Source of the DNA: an uncultured delta proteobacterium
GTDB lineage: Bacteria > Desulfobacterota > Binatia > Binatales > Binataceae
Assembly (NCBI GenBank): GCA_963794325.1
Contig: CAWCDG010000004.1
Coordinates: 1,184,001 to 1,248,000, forward strand
DNA: 64,000 nt
Direction: 5' to 3'
The translations under genes and the position numbers were made by a program. Positions within the stretch are counted from its first letter, which is position 1; each line of letters starts with the position of its first letter. Shown one piece after another: positions 49,575 through 59,203 of this stretch. The notes under the pieces were generated by a model. The model had not been told where the DNA came from and did no database searches. It saw nothing but the letters and a program-made list of their open reading frames with translations.

Positions 49575-51728
49575 ATGCAAAGCACCTGGTCCGCAACCTT
49601 CAGAATCTTCGCCGGCGTGCTATTGGCGGCGGGCATGATCAGCGCGCCGAGTGCGTGGGCGTTCGACGTAAAGAGCGCAAAGCTGATCGATAAAGGATTC
49701 AAGATTTTCACCAACGAGACCTTCAATGGCAACGGCCGTACCTGCTCAACCTGCCATATACCCAAGGACGACTATACGATCAGCCCGGCGGATCTCGCCA
49801 CGCTGAGTGCCCATGACAAAGACCTTGTGTTTGCGACGCACAATTCGCAGCTCGAAAACCGGATCCTGGTAAATAAATACGGTCTGTTCAACATCACTAA
49901 CGAGACGCCTGGCGCAAGCGGAAGGGGGACAACCCCGACCGGTCCGTTCCGCGCCTCGATGCAGCTAAGCGGATTGGCGCTCACCACGCTGAACGATTGC
50001 CCAAACGCGACCTTGATTGCCTCGGCCACCGATACCGGCGCCACCGCCGAGATTACAACCGCTACGCCTCCCACCTTTCCGTTTGCGTTAAACGAGCAGA
50101 TAAGAATCGAGGGAGTCAGCGTCGCCGGTTACAATGGCAGCACGTTTGAGATCTCGAGCGTAATCAGTCCCACGACATTCCAGTACACGACGTTGACTGG
50201 AGCCGCTATCACGGGACTCCCCTCGGTAGGGCCAGGCGGCGGTGTCAGCGGGCTGCCCACTCCACCCACTACTACAACGGGGTCGGGAGTGTGTTCGACT
50301 GCACCTAATTTCGCAACGACCCCGACCACCACAGGCACCCGGTTCATAGAGCTCGGCTGGGCTGGAGATGGCGCACCCCTTGACCCCACGCTTTTCGAAG
50401 TTGGCAAACCTCGCGATTACGCGGATTGCGTGGCCGCCGTCAATAACGCGGACGCCAACCAGAGCGTTCTCAGCCCGGTGCTGAATGCGTTTTCGACCGG
50501 CGCCGTCAGACACCATTTCGCGCGCACCAACGCCCGCGTGCCGGGAAAGGATTTCCGCTGCCCGACTGCCGCGGAGTTGAATGCGCTCACAGCCTTTCAA
50601 GAGTACCTCGGGCGCCAATTTCCATCTGGCACACCTCTCGAACTCGCCTTGGAAGCTGGAACAACGTTCCCGGGGACGCAGGTCAGCTCCCTGCAGCCTG
50701 TGATCACTTTCAATGACTCCACGGCGGAGACAGGCAAGGCGATATTCCTGAATCCGAGCGCAGCCTGCAATTTCTGCCACTTCAATGCCGGCGCGAGCAT
50801 GACCACAACCCAGGTAAAAACGGAGCCGTTGGGAGACCCACCGCTGCCGTTTCCGGGACGCAACGAAAATAACTCGCAACTGGTGGACGTCTTGACCGAC
50901 ACCTCCTTTCTTATTCCGTCAACCGGAGAGACGGTCACCGGCGGGCTCAACGCCTCGACGCTGGTCACCATAGGCAAGGATCCCGGAGACGGAAATCCTT
51001 TCAGCGACAAGCATGGCGGGTTCCTACCGGTGTTCAACGTCCAATCAATCATCGAGGCGCCGCGCAAAAAGAGCTTTTTCCACAATGGCGCTTTCAATAC
51101 CAGCGTAGAGGACGCGGCTTCCTTCTACTTTGGCAACCCCACGGTCCAAACTTCGGGTAGCACGCTCGTCACGCCCGGATTCGACCTTGCCAGCGGCAAC
51201 TTTGCGATTGGCACTAACCAGGATGGCTCAGCCGTGACCCTCGCCGCTGGCTTGCCAAGTCCCCTGCCAAGAGCGGCGGGACAAAAAACCGGCACTCAGG
51301 CCCTTGTGGCTCTTGCCGGCACTTACTTTCCCGCCGATTCGGTGTCCGGCAATGTGCTCACTTCGCCGGGCGGGCAGGATGTGCTCAATACCCTTGGCTT
51401 CTTCATGAGGGCGCTTAACGTGGTTTACAGCCTGGCCGACTGCGAGCGGCTGGTGGACGACACGGTCAGCCGTCACGATGCGGGTTTGTCCACGGAGGTG
51501 CCGGTCCTCAACTGCACCACCGACCTGGGAGATGTGTACCGCGTCATTGCGGGCGCGCGCGTGACCGTTCCGGACAACTACGTCACCGTCCAGATGCAGG
51601 CTCAGAGCCTCCAGGGCGAGTTGAAGAAGTACGCGAGGCAGGGCAATCGCGCGAAGCTCAAAGGAGTTATCAATCAGCTGCAGGCCATGAGAAACTCGAT
51701 CGCATCGATCTCGCCAGACCTGCCGTGA
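49575..51728 (+). CDS. Secreted di-heme c protein of the bCcP/MauG superfamily with an inserted Thr-rich beta domain
   Basis: Signal peptide ending AWA; GNGRTCSTCH and CNFCH; LGWAGDG; FFHNG...VEDAASFY. Confidence 0.8.
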   Translation: MQSTWSATFRIFAGVLLAAGMISAPSAWAFDVKSAKLIDKGFKIFTNETFNGNGRTCSTCHIPKDDYTISPADLATLSAHDKDLVFATHNSQLENRILVNKYGLFNITNETPGASGRGTTPTGPFRASMQLSGLALTTLNDCPNATLIASATDTGATAEITTATPPTFPFALNEQIRIEGVSVAGYNGSTFEISSVISPTTFQYTTLTGAAITGLPSVGPGGGVSGLPTPPTTTTGSGVCSTAPNFATTPTTTGTRFIELGWAGDGAPLDPTLFEVGKPRDYADCVAAVNNADANQSVLSPVLNAFSTGAVRHHFARTNARVPGKDFRCPTAAELNALTAFQEYLGRQFPSGTPLELALEAGTTFPGTQVSSLQPVITFNDSTAETGKAIFLNPSAACNFCHFNAGASMTTTQVKTEPLGDPPLPFPGRNENNSQLVDVLTDTSFLIPSTGETVTGGLNASTLVTIGKDPGDGNPFSDKHGGFLPVFNVQSIIEAPRKKSFFHNGAFNTSVEDAASFYFGNPTVQTSGSTLVTPGFDLASGNFAIGTNQDGSAVTLAAGLPSPLPRAAGQKTGTQALVALAGTYFPADSVSGNVLTSPGGQDVLNTLGFFMRALNVVYSLADCERLVDDTVSRHDAGLSTEVPVLNCTTDLGDVYRVIAGARVTVPDNYVTVQMQAQSLQGELKKYARQGNRAKLKGVINQLQAMRNSIASISPDLP

Positions 51729-51748
51729 CGCAGGATTGCGTGACGCTT

Positions 51749-51782
51749 GAAACCCCCGGGTAGAGCCGGGGGTTTTCTCTTT
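51749..51782 (+). terminator. Intrinsic terminator
   Basis: GAAACCCCCGG/CCGGGGGTTTT stem plus T-rich tail, between convergent genes. Confidence 0.8.
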
Positions 51783-51794
51783 GCGGGAGCGAAG

Positions 51795-52805
51795 TTACTT
51801 GAAGCGCGGCAGGACTTCAGTCCCGAATCGATCCAGCGACCGGCGCGCCTTGCCCGGATCGAGTCCCGGTAATTGCGTCACGACGATAAGCTCGGTCATC
51901 GGAGTTGATTCGAGTATTTCATCGAGCCGTGCGGCCACCTCCGACGCGGTTCCCAGCACGCTGGTGCGTCTTAGTCGCTCAGCGTCGGGACGAATCAGCA
52001 CCTTGCTCTGGTCGGTGGTGCCGGCCGCCGCGGAGAGCCATTTGCCGTAAAGCTCGGCTTGGTACATCAGCGCGTCGCGGGTATCGCGCCACGCCTGCTC
52101 CTCGCTGTCGGCGATGTAGACTACGCGGCTGTTGACGATACTGTAGCGCGCACAGTCCTTGCCGGCGGCCGCGAGCGCCTCGAGATAGATGCCGATTTCC
52201 CTGCGCCCGCCGACACATGCAAATCCGAGATCGAGCGCGGCTGCCCGCCGAATCGCCTTCGACGCACCTGCTCCCCACAGTAGTTCTGGATGCGGCTGAC
52301 TCGCCGGTCGTGGCAGCACGCGCACGTCTCGGAACTTAAAGTACTTGCCGTCAAAACTGAATCGCTCTCCAGTCCATGCGAGCTTCAGAATCTCGATAGT
52401 CTCGAGGGTGCGGCCAAGTCGCTGGGCGCGCGGCACGCCGAAACCCTCAAATTCCTCGGCACGATAGCCGAGACCAATTCCAAGACGCAAGCGGCCGCCC
52501 GAGAGTACATCGACGAACGCGGCGTCCTCGGCCAGCTTCAATGGATGAAAGAACGGCGCCAGCAGCACGTAGGTGCCGATGGTGACGCGGGTCGTGCGCG
52601 CCGCGATCGCCGCAGCCGCGGGCATCAGCGCGGGCAGGTAGCCGTCGTCGGTAAAGTGATGCTCGGTAAGCCAGATGGAATCGAAACCCAGTTGCTCGGC
52701 GGCCTCAACCTGCGCGAGCGACTCGCGGTAAAGGTCGCGAAACGAGATCGTCGAGCCGGGAGGATTTCGAAAATCGAGCTGGTAGCCAACTTTCACCTTG
52801 CGCAC
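51795..52805 (-). CDS. LLM-class flavin-dependent oxidoreductase
   Basis: GFDSIWLTEHHF, HPLKLAED, SGGRLRLGIGLGY. Confidence 0.92.
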   Translation of the reverse strand: MRKVKVGYQLDFRNPPGSTISFRDLYRESLAQVEAAEQLGFDSIWLTEHHFTDDGYLPALMPAAAAIAARTTRVTIGTYVLLAPFFHPLKLAEDAAFVDVLSGGRLRLGIGLGYRAEEFEGFGVPRAQRLGRTLETIEILKLAWTGERFSFDGKYFKFRDVRVLPRPASQPHPELLWGAGASKAIRRAAALDLGFACVGGRREIGIYLEALAAAGKDCARYSIVNSRVVYIADSEEQAWRDTRDALMYQAELYGKWLSAAAGTTDQSKVLIRPDAERLRRTSVLGTASEVAARLDEILESTPMTELIVVTQLPGLDPGKARRSLDRFGTEVLPRFK

Positions 52806-52824
52806 GACTCACCTCATGGCTGCT

Positions 52825-53604
52825 TCAGCGGGCGGCGAGGCCGCCGTCGACGATCAGTTCGGTGCCGGTGATGTAGGACGCGTCGCCGGACAGGAGAAAG
52901 ACGATCGCATTTGCGATTTCCCACGGCGTGCCCTGCCGGCGCATCGGGATTCGCGGGGCGACAGTGCTCTCGCGGTCGCCGACCAGCCGCCGCACCATCG
53001 AGGAGTCGACGAGCCCGGGCAGGATCGTGTTGACGCGGATATTGTCGCGCGCATGCGAGACCGCGGCCGATCGCGAGAGTCCGAGAAGCGCGGCCTTGGT
53101 CGCCTCGTAGGAAATCTGAGTGTTGCTGCGGAGCGCGGCTAGCGACGAAACGTTCACGATCGAGCCGCCGCCGGCTTTCGCGATCTCGGGCACCGCATAA
53201 CGCATCATCAGAAAATGGCTGCGGAGATTGACCGCGAACATCTTGTCGAAGTCCTCAGTCGAGGTCTTCAGCAGATTGCCGCCGATTGCGATGCCGACGT
53301 TGTTGACGAGCAGATGGAGCGCGGAGAATGCGCGCGTGGTGGCTTCGACGGCGCCGCGGCATTGATCCTCGATGCTAACGTCGGCGGCGACCGCCTCGGC
53401 ACGCCCGCCTTCGTCGCGAATCGCAGCGGCGGTCTGCTGAGCGAGCTCGAGCGAGCGATCGGCGACCATCACGGCCGCGCCTTCGCGTGCGCACATGATT
53501 GCGGTGGCGCGCCCATTGCCGATCGAGAGTTTGTCGCCGGCCTTCGCCGGTCCGTCCGCGCCGCCTCCGACGATCAATGCTACTTTCCCAGTCAGCCGAG
53601 CCAT
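52825..53604 (-). CDS. Short-chain dehydrogenase/reductase
   Basis: IGNGRA, NNVG, YEATK, IRVNTILPG. Confidence 0.92.
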   Translation of the reverse strand: MARLTGKVALIVGGGADGPAKAGDKLSIGNGRATAIMCAREGAAVMVADRSLELAQQTAAAIRDEGGRAEAVAADVSIEDQCRGAVEATTRAFSALHLLVNNVGIAIGGNLLKTSTEDFDKMFAVNLRSHFLMMRYAVPEIAKAGGGSIVNVSSLAALRSNTQISYEATKAALLGLSRSAAVSHARDNIRVNTILPGLVDSSMVRRLVGDRESTVAPRIPMRRQGTPWEIANAIVFLLSGDASYITGTELIVDGGLAAR

Positions 53605-53648
53605 GATTTGCCTCCTGAGGATCGAGTGTTCAACTGGCTACGCGCGCG

Positions 53649-54026
53649 CTATTTGATCTCTTCGTCCGGTTCCTGGCAGAAGCATCCAGGGCGCATCCAT
53701 CCCACACATTTGAAACCGGGCCCTTGCGGCGTGCACTTGGGCTTCTTGACCTGCGTGTGAAGGAAGGTACAAGTTTCGGATTCGCTTTCTTCGCAATCGA
53801 GTTTGTCACAATCCGGCTTCGCCGCCGCGATCTTCTTGGCAAGATCGTTATCGTATGCCGTCTCCGCGTTCGCCTGACTGTCGCCGATTCCCTTTACCTG
53901 CACCTTCTTGAAAAAGCGGTTCGGACATTTTGCGCCCGCATGCGCTACCGAGGCGCTCGTCGCGGTTATCAGGATCGCGAGTGCCAAGGCGGCAGTCCGA
54001 AATCTAAAACGAGTGGATGCTGTCAT
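53649..54026 (-). CDS. Small secreted 8-Cys protein
   Basis: Signal peptide ending AHA; eight Cys in the mature part. Confidence 0.7.
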   Translation of the reverse strand: MTASTRFRFRTAALALAILITATSASVAHAGAKCPNRFFKKVQVKGIGDSQANAETAYDNDLAKKIAAAKPDCDKLDCEESESETCTFLHTQVKKPKCTPQGPGFKCVGWMRPGCFCQEPDEEIK

Positions 54027-54047
54027 AGCCGAAGCACCTCGCTTTGC

Positions 54048-55034
54048 TTATTCCGCGGTGGGTCGCGCGGTTGGGAAGCGCCGTACGTATTGCAGGAAAC
54101 GCGCGAGCGCGCGGTCGGCGTCGATGAGCAGGCCGTCATGAAAGCGGATGGTCTTCATGATGGGCTCGTCTTCCTGGATCAGGCGGCGGAAGAACGCCTC
54201 GCCGATCTGAAGCCGTTGCTCGCGCTCAGCGTCATTGCCCTCGGAGCGCGGCGTCGCGGTGACCGACCATCCGTGGGTGCGGCCGTCGGGCGTCGGTGTT
54301 CCGGTCGCCATCGAGAGAATCGCCATGCCGTTGAGGCGTCCCGCCAGCGCGATCGTATTGGTGCCAGTCACGCGGATGCGCTGATCGAAAATGCCGAGGT
54401 TGGGATCTTCGAAGCGCACGTCGTATTGGATTCGGTAGTCGCCGACGTCGATCGCGTCAGGGTCGCATTCGATCTTTAGTCCGTGCAGCACGCGCAGATG
54501 CTGAAAGTCCATCGAGTTGGTGAACGGCACCCACGGCTCGACCGGCAGATCGAAGGCTTCGGCCGTGCGGATGTCGAGATCGGGCTCGGCGTAATCGACA
54601 AATTCGGGCACGTCGAAGAGCGGCTCGGCACCGTTGAATGCCCAGATCAATCCCCACTTTTCGGCGGTCGGGTATTTGAACATTCGAGCGGCCTTGGGAA
54701 TCTTCTCCGACGCGGGAATTTTTGTGCATCCGCCGTCGGGACCGTATTGCCAATGATGGAACGCGCATTGAATGTCGTTGCCGACGACTTTGCCCATGCT
54801 CAAGTCGGCGCCGAGATGACGGCAGTACGCGTTCATCACCACCGCCTCGCCGTTCTCGCCGCGATACGCGATTGCGCGGCCGTCGAGGAAGTCGCGGCCG
54901 ATCACTTCGCCGGCGCCGACTTCGTCGGAACGCGCGATCGCGTACCACGACTGATGGAATCCCGCCGGCTTCTTGTTACGGGTCCTGGAAGTGCGTGCGC
55001 TACGTGCGCGCGGTATTGCGGTGGTGGATGCCAT
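54048..55034 (-). CDS. Rieske monooxygenase (KshA/VanA-like)
   Basis: CRHLGADL...CAFHHW; NSMDFQHLRVLH. Confidence 0.9.
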   Translation of the reverse strand: MASTTAIPRARSARTSRTRNKKPAGFHQSWYAIARSDEVGAGEVIGRDFLDGRAIAYRGENGEAVVMNAYCRHLGADLSMGKVVGNDIQCAFHHWQYGPDGGCTKIPASEKIPKAARMFKYPTAEKWGLIWAFNGAEPLFDVPEFVDYAEPDLDIRTAEAFDLPVEPWVPFTNSMDFQHLRVLHGLKIECDPDAIDVGDYRIQYDVRFEDPNLGIFDQRIRVTGTNTIALAGRLNGMAILSMATGTPTPDGRTHGWSVTATPRSEGNDAEREQRLQIGEAFFRRLIQEDEPIMKTIRFHDGLLIDADRALARFLQYVRRFPTARPTAE

Positions 55035-55057
55035 CGTGAGTGCCTCGCAGTATTCGA

Positions 55058-55921
55058 TCAGGCGGCCGCGGATTTAGTATCGAACTTCGGAAGCTGGATG
55101 AAGAAGAGAACGCAGTCGTCCACGACTTCAAGCTCGCGCCCGGTGTCGGCGGGATCGACGCGGAACGCCGAGTGAGTATCGAGCACTTCGCCGGACGTGA
55201 CGTCGCGAATCGCGCCGCTCTCGACAAACAGCAGCTCGGGCGCGCGATGCCGGTCGACCTTGTGGCGTGAGCCGCGCGTCGCACGAATCTCGCCGATGTT
55301 CAAAGCGCGCTCGCCGAAGGTCGCCATGTGTTTCAACTCGAAGCCGGGATCGCGAGTCGCAAGCCATCCGAAGCCGTCCGGATACAGGATGATCGGATCT
55401 TCATAACGTGGCGGCGGATACTCAACGGCATGGCCGTTGACGAGTTCCCAAATCGCCTCGTAGCCGTCCTGGCGAATGAGGCGGCCGTCGGGAGTATGGC
55501 GCGTGAAGACCCCGCCGTCGAAGCGGCCGAGATCGGACAATTTCTGATAACCCGCGTTCAATTGCTGATAGCTCATGAAGCCGTAGCCGGCCGAGCCGCC
55601 CATCTGAAGCAGCAGCACGACCGACGTGCTGGTGTCGGACTGCGGGCCATAGAAGGTGCCTTCCGGAAAATAGCCGACGGTGCCGGCTCTCAGATCCTTG
55701 CCGGGCGCGTAGTTCATCGCGCCCTCGAGGCAGAAACGCACCTGGTCGAAATTGTGGCGATGGCGCGGCGTGAAATAGTCGCCGGCGGTTCGCACGATGC
55801 TCAGTTCAAAATTGTCGGGCGAGCCGGGCGTGCCCTGCAGCAGCCGCTTGAATTCGATGCGGCCCGAGCGATGCCCCGAGACCTCGCCCCATTCAACGTT
55901 TGCGCTGTGTACCGTATGCAT
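55058..55921 (-). CDS. Cupin-fold hypothetical protein
   Basis: TPRHRHNFDQVRF, YFPEGTFYGPQ. Confidence 0.65.
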   Translation of the reverse strand: MHTVHSANVEWGEVSGHRSGRIEFKRLLQGTPGSPDNFELSIVRTAGDYFTPRHRHNFDQVRFCLEGAMNYAPGKDLRAGTVGYFPEGTFYGPQSDTSTSVVLLLQMGGSAGYGFMSYQQLNAGYQKLSDLGRFDGGVFTRHTPDGRLIRQDGYEAIWELVNGHAVEYPPPRYEDPIILYPDGFGWLATRDPGFELKHMATFGERALNIGEIRATRGSRHKVDRHRAPELLFVESGAIRDVTSGEVLDTHSAFRVDPADTGRELEVVDDCVLFFIQLPKFDTKSAAA

Positions 55922-55959
55922 AGCTGTGGGTAGCGCGGGCGTATGCGCCGCGTCAAGGA

Positions 55960-56547
55960 TTACGACGCTTGGGCAGGATGGTGCGTTTTCAGGATAGCGC
56001 CACATGCTGCGATAGCGTCGAGGACGCCGTCTGCGATTCGTCCCTCTTTCACGGTTGCCAGGAATCTGTCGACGATTTTGTTCCAGGCACCGTCTGGCGC
56101 CAGCGCATGGGTATCGTGGTCGGCGACGATCTCCACATAACGCTCGCCAAGCGACACGAACAGCAGGATTCGATGCGGTTGATTAGGATTTGCAATCACA
56201 TGCGCGTTGAATTCGCGATGGGCCAGTTGTTGGGCGCGATCATGCTTGGCGTGCTCTGGCACCAGCCGGAGGCGGAGCGGAAGCCAGTCGAGTAGTAGCG
56301 TCATTGCAATCACGAACCACAGTTGGAGCTCGATCACGGAGCGGCTCGCGATATCGGGCCGGAGCAGACTTACCAGCGCGCCGATCAGAATCGCGCCGAC
56401 GGCGGCCCACGTGACAGGATAAAGGGAATAACGATCGCTGGCGCGAGTTACGATGATGCGCATGTCGGCGGTGGTGTCGCGCTCGATTGCGGCCAACGCA
56501 GCATCGATGCGCTCGTGCTCGGCAGGTGTGAATGGACTCTTCACCAT
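55960..56547 (-). CDS. TPM-domain membrane protein
   Basis: ILLFVSLGERYVEIVAD; two TM segments. Confidence 0.85.
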   Translation of the reverse strand: MVKSPFTPAEHERIDAALAAIERDTTADMRIIVTRASDRYSLYPVTWAAVGAILIGALVSLLRPDIASRSVIELQLWFVIAMTLLLDWLPLRLRLVPEHAKHDRAQQLAHREFNAHVIANPNQPHRILLFVSLGERYVEIVADHDTHALAPDGAWNKIVDRFLATVKEGRIADGVLDAIAACGAILKTHHPAQAS

Positions 56548-57338
56548 CACCAGCTTCCCGAAGCGCCTCCGCCACCGAACGATCCTCCGCCGCCGGAGAA
56601 ACCGCCCCCACCGCCGCCGCGACCGCCGCCGGAAGATCCTGCTCCCCATCCGCCGGACCATCCTCCGCCGCCATAGGTCATCCAGTTGTGCGGGTCATGG
56701 CGATGACGGAACCAGGAAACCAGGAAAAATCCCCAAACGCCAAAAAATAACAGGCACCAGATGACGACTATCTCCCACGGACCCTGCCAGAACGTAAGCG
56801 GTTGCGGAGATGGTGGCGGGCTGATCGAATTCCCGCCGAGTACTTGGAGAATCGAGTTGGTACCGGCGAGGACGCCAGCGTTGAAGTCGCCGCGTTTGAA
56901 GCTTGGCAGGATATAGTTCTGAATTATCGTCGCGCTGATCGCGTCGGTGAGCGTTCCTTCGAGGCCGTAGCCGACCTCGATGCGAACCTTGTGCTCCTTG
57001 GGCGCGACGATCAGCAGCGCGCCGTTGTTGGTGCCTTTTTGTCCGATGCCCCAATGGCGGCCAAGCTGATAGCCGTAATCCTCGATGGTGTAGCCCTGGA
57101 GCGAATGCAGCGTGACCACCACGACTTGCTCGCCGGTTGCGCGCTCGTGCGCGACGAGCATGTTAGTGAGCTGGGTCTGAGTTGATGCGCTCAGGACACC
57201 CGCATCATCGACGACGCGACCCGTAAGCGGTGGAAATTTCGGTTCGGAGGCGAGAGCAGGTGACGCCAGGATCAGCAGAAGAATGAGCAGCGCCCATCGT
57301 GCGCCAGCGACATCAGTCCTTGCGCAGCGAATGGGCAT
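56547..57338 (-). CDS. TPM-domain protein (YgcG-like) with Gly-rich tail
   Basis: LTGRVVDDAGVLS, RIEVGYGLEG, GGGGSFGGGGASGSW. Confidence 0.92.
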   Translation of the reverse strand: MPIRCARTDVAGARWALLILLLILASPALASEPKFPPLTGRVVDDAGVLSASTQTQLTNMLVAHERATGEQVVVVTLHSLQGYTIEDYGYQLGRHWGIGQKGTNNGALLIVAPKEHKVRIEVGYGLEGTLTDAISATIIQNYILPSFKRGDFNAGVLAGTNSILQVLGGNSISPPPSPQPLTFWQGPWEIVVIWCLLFFGVWGFFLVSWFRHRHDPHNWMTYGGGGWSGGWGAGSSGGGRGGGGGGFSGGGGSFGGGGASGSW

Positions 57339-57943
57339 TAGAATTTGACCTGGGGCACCTGTTGAGCTTGCTCGGTGATCGTGAAAGTCTCGCGGACTTT
57401 CATGTCAGGGTAGAGGATCGATGCTACCCATCGGCCGGGAATGGTCCTGAGTGTGGTGTTGTAATTCTGCACGGCGAGAATGTAGTCGCGCCGCGCGACG
57501 GCGATGCGATTCTCGGTGCCTTCGAGCTGCGATTGAAGCGCGAGGAAATTCTGATTCGACTTGAGGTCGGGGTAGGCCTCGGCTACCGCGAGGAGACGGC
57601 CCAGCGCGCCGCTGACCGCGGCCTGATTTTGTTCGAATTGGTGAAACGCCTGCGGGTTCGACAGGATGTCCGCCGGAAGCTGCATCTGCGTCGCATGCGC
57701 GCGCGCTTCGGTGACCTGGGTCAACACCTGCTGTTCCTGGTGCGCGTAGCCTTTGACAGTCTCAACCAGGTTCGGGATAAGGTCGACGCGCCGCTGATAT
57801 TGATTCAGCACCTCGCTCCAGGCGGCCTTAACCTGCTCGTCGAGAGTCGGGATCTTGTTGACGCCGCATCCTGACAGCCCGTCGAGCACCAGCCCGAGAG
57901 TCAGCACGATAGCTAGCGCGCGAAAGTGCTTCGAGAGCATCAA
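57338..57943 (-). CDS. lemA: LemA-family protein
   Basis: QYQRRVDLIPNLVETVKGY, YPDLKSNQNF, EGTENRIAVARRDY. Confidence 0.94.
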   Translation of the reverse strand: MMLSKHFRALAIVLTLGLVLDGLSGCGVNKIPTLDEQVKAAWSEVLNQYQRRVDLIPNLVETVKGYAHQEQQVLTQVTEARAHATQMQLPADILSNPQAFHQFEQNQAAVSGALGRLLAVAEAYPDLKSNQNFLALQSQLEGTENRIAVARRDYILAVQNYNTTLRTIPGRWVASILYPDMKVRETFTITEQAQQVPQVKF

Positions 57944-57959
57944 GTTGGACGACGACGGG

Positions 57960-58487
57960 TCAGGCGCCTTCGCGGCTCTTGAAGCGATGCTGATGCGGCT
58001 CGGGCGGCATCGTCAATAGCTCGCGCGAATAGATCTCACCGAGATATTCGATCAAGTTGCGCATCGAGACCACCGCGGTCGGACGGCCGTCGTCGTCAAC
58101 CAGCGGGATGTGACGGAAACCCTCGAGCACCATCTTGCTGAGCGCGAAAGCGACATTCGCATCGGCCGGCAGCGTGAACGGATCCTCAGTCATCGACGCC
58201 GTCACAGGAGTGTGGATGAGATCGAGCGGTTGGCCGGCGACCTTCATCAGGATGTCGCGCTCGGTGAAGATGCCGATGAGCTGGTCGTTTTCCATGACCA
58301 GCACGCAGGCGCGGCGCTCCTGTTGCATCAGGTGAATCGTGTCGGCGAGGGTGGCCGATGCCGAAACTATAAGCGGCGGCTGCGATACGACCTCGCTGAG
58401 CGCAGTGTTGGCCAGCGCAGATTCAAGAACTTGGGGGCCGGGATGTTCATCGTCGAACAAGTCGCGATCGTCGTCGTCGCCAGGCAT
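57960..58487 (-). CDS. CBS-domain protein
   Basis: LIGIFTERD, GFRHIPLVD. Confidence 0.9.
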   Translation of the reverse strand: MPGDDDDRDLFDDEHPGPQVLESALANTALSEVVSQPPLIVSASATLADTIHLMQQERRACVLVMENDQLIGIFTERDILMKVAGQPLDLIHTPVTASMTEDPFTLPADANVAFALSKMVLEGFRHIPLVDDDGRPTAVVSMRNLIEYLGEIYSRELLTMPPEPHQHRFKSREGA

Positions 58488-58593
58488 GTCTCAGCCCTCC
58501 TGTTCCTTGGTCTGGAATCAGACAGCCTAGGCCGTTGTCAGATTTAGATCAAAGGGAACCTACCAGGCGCCGTCGCGCTGATTTGGGAGCCGG

Positions 58594-59199
58594 CTAGCCG
58601 GATGCGACGATCATTTCCTCGACGTCGCGCAGGCGATCCTTGCCGAAGAAGATCTCATTGCCAACGTAAAAGGTCGGTGAGCCAAAGGTGCCGCGCTCGA
58701 CCGAGCGATTGGTGTTCTCGATCAGTTCGTCCTTTACCGGCCTGGTTTCGATGAGCTCGAGGATTTTCGCGGTCGGCAGCCGCGCGTCGTCCAACGCGGT
58801 GCGGTACAGGTTGGGGTCGTCCATCTTTTTGGGATCAGCCCACATGTTCCGGTACATCTCGTCCACGTAGCGCTCGAACACGGCGAGCGACCGCGCGGCG
58901 ATCGCTCCCCGCATCATCATCAGGGTATTCACGGGGAAGAAAGGATTGCTCTGAAAGCGGGTAATCCCGTGACGCTTGATGAAGCGCTGCATCTCGAGCC
59001 GCTCATACTCGGGCTTGTTCTTGATGCCTGCCAGACTTTGCGCGGGCGAGCGATTGTTGGTCATCTTGAAAACGCCGCCGAGCAGCACGGGTACGTATTC
59101 GAACTTCACGCCGGTGCGTTTTTCTATTTCAGGAATGACGAGATGACTAAGATAGGCGTTGGGGCTGCCGAAGTCGAAATGAAATTCTACCTTGACCAT
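58594..59199 (-). CDS. 2-hydroxychromene-2-carboxylate isomerase / kappa-class GST
   Basis: FDFGSPNAY, FPVNTL, FGSPTF, FFGKDRL. Confidence 0.9.
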   Translation of the reverse strand: MVKVEFHFDFGSPNAYLSHLVIPEIEKRTGVKFEYVPVLLGGVFKMTNNRSPAQSLAGIKNKPEYERLEMQRFIKRHGITRFQSNPFFPVNTLMMMRGAIAARSLAVFERYVDEMYRNMWADPKKMDDPNLYRTALDDARLPTAKILELIETRPVKDELIENTNRSVERGTFGSPTFYVGNEIFFGKDRLRDVEEMIVASG

Positions 59200-59203
59200 G
59201 GCG

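Noticed and set aside
55960-57943. LemA-TPM-TPM trio and its Gly-rich tail
   Set aside because: This is a widespread, already described gene cluster.
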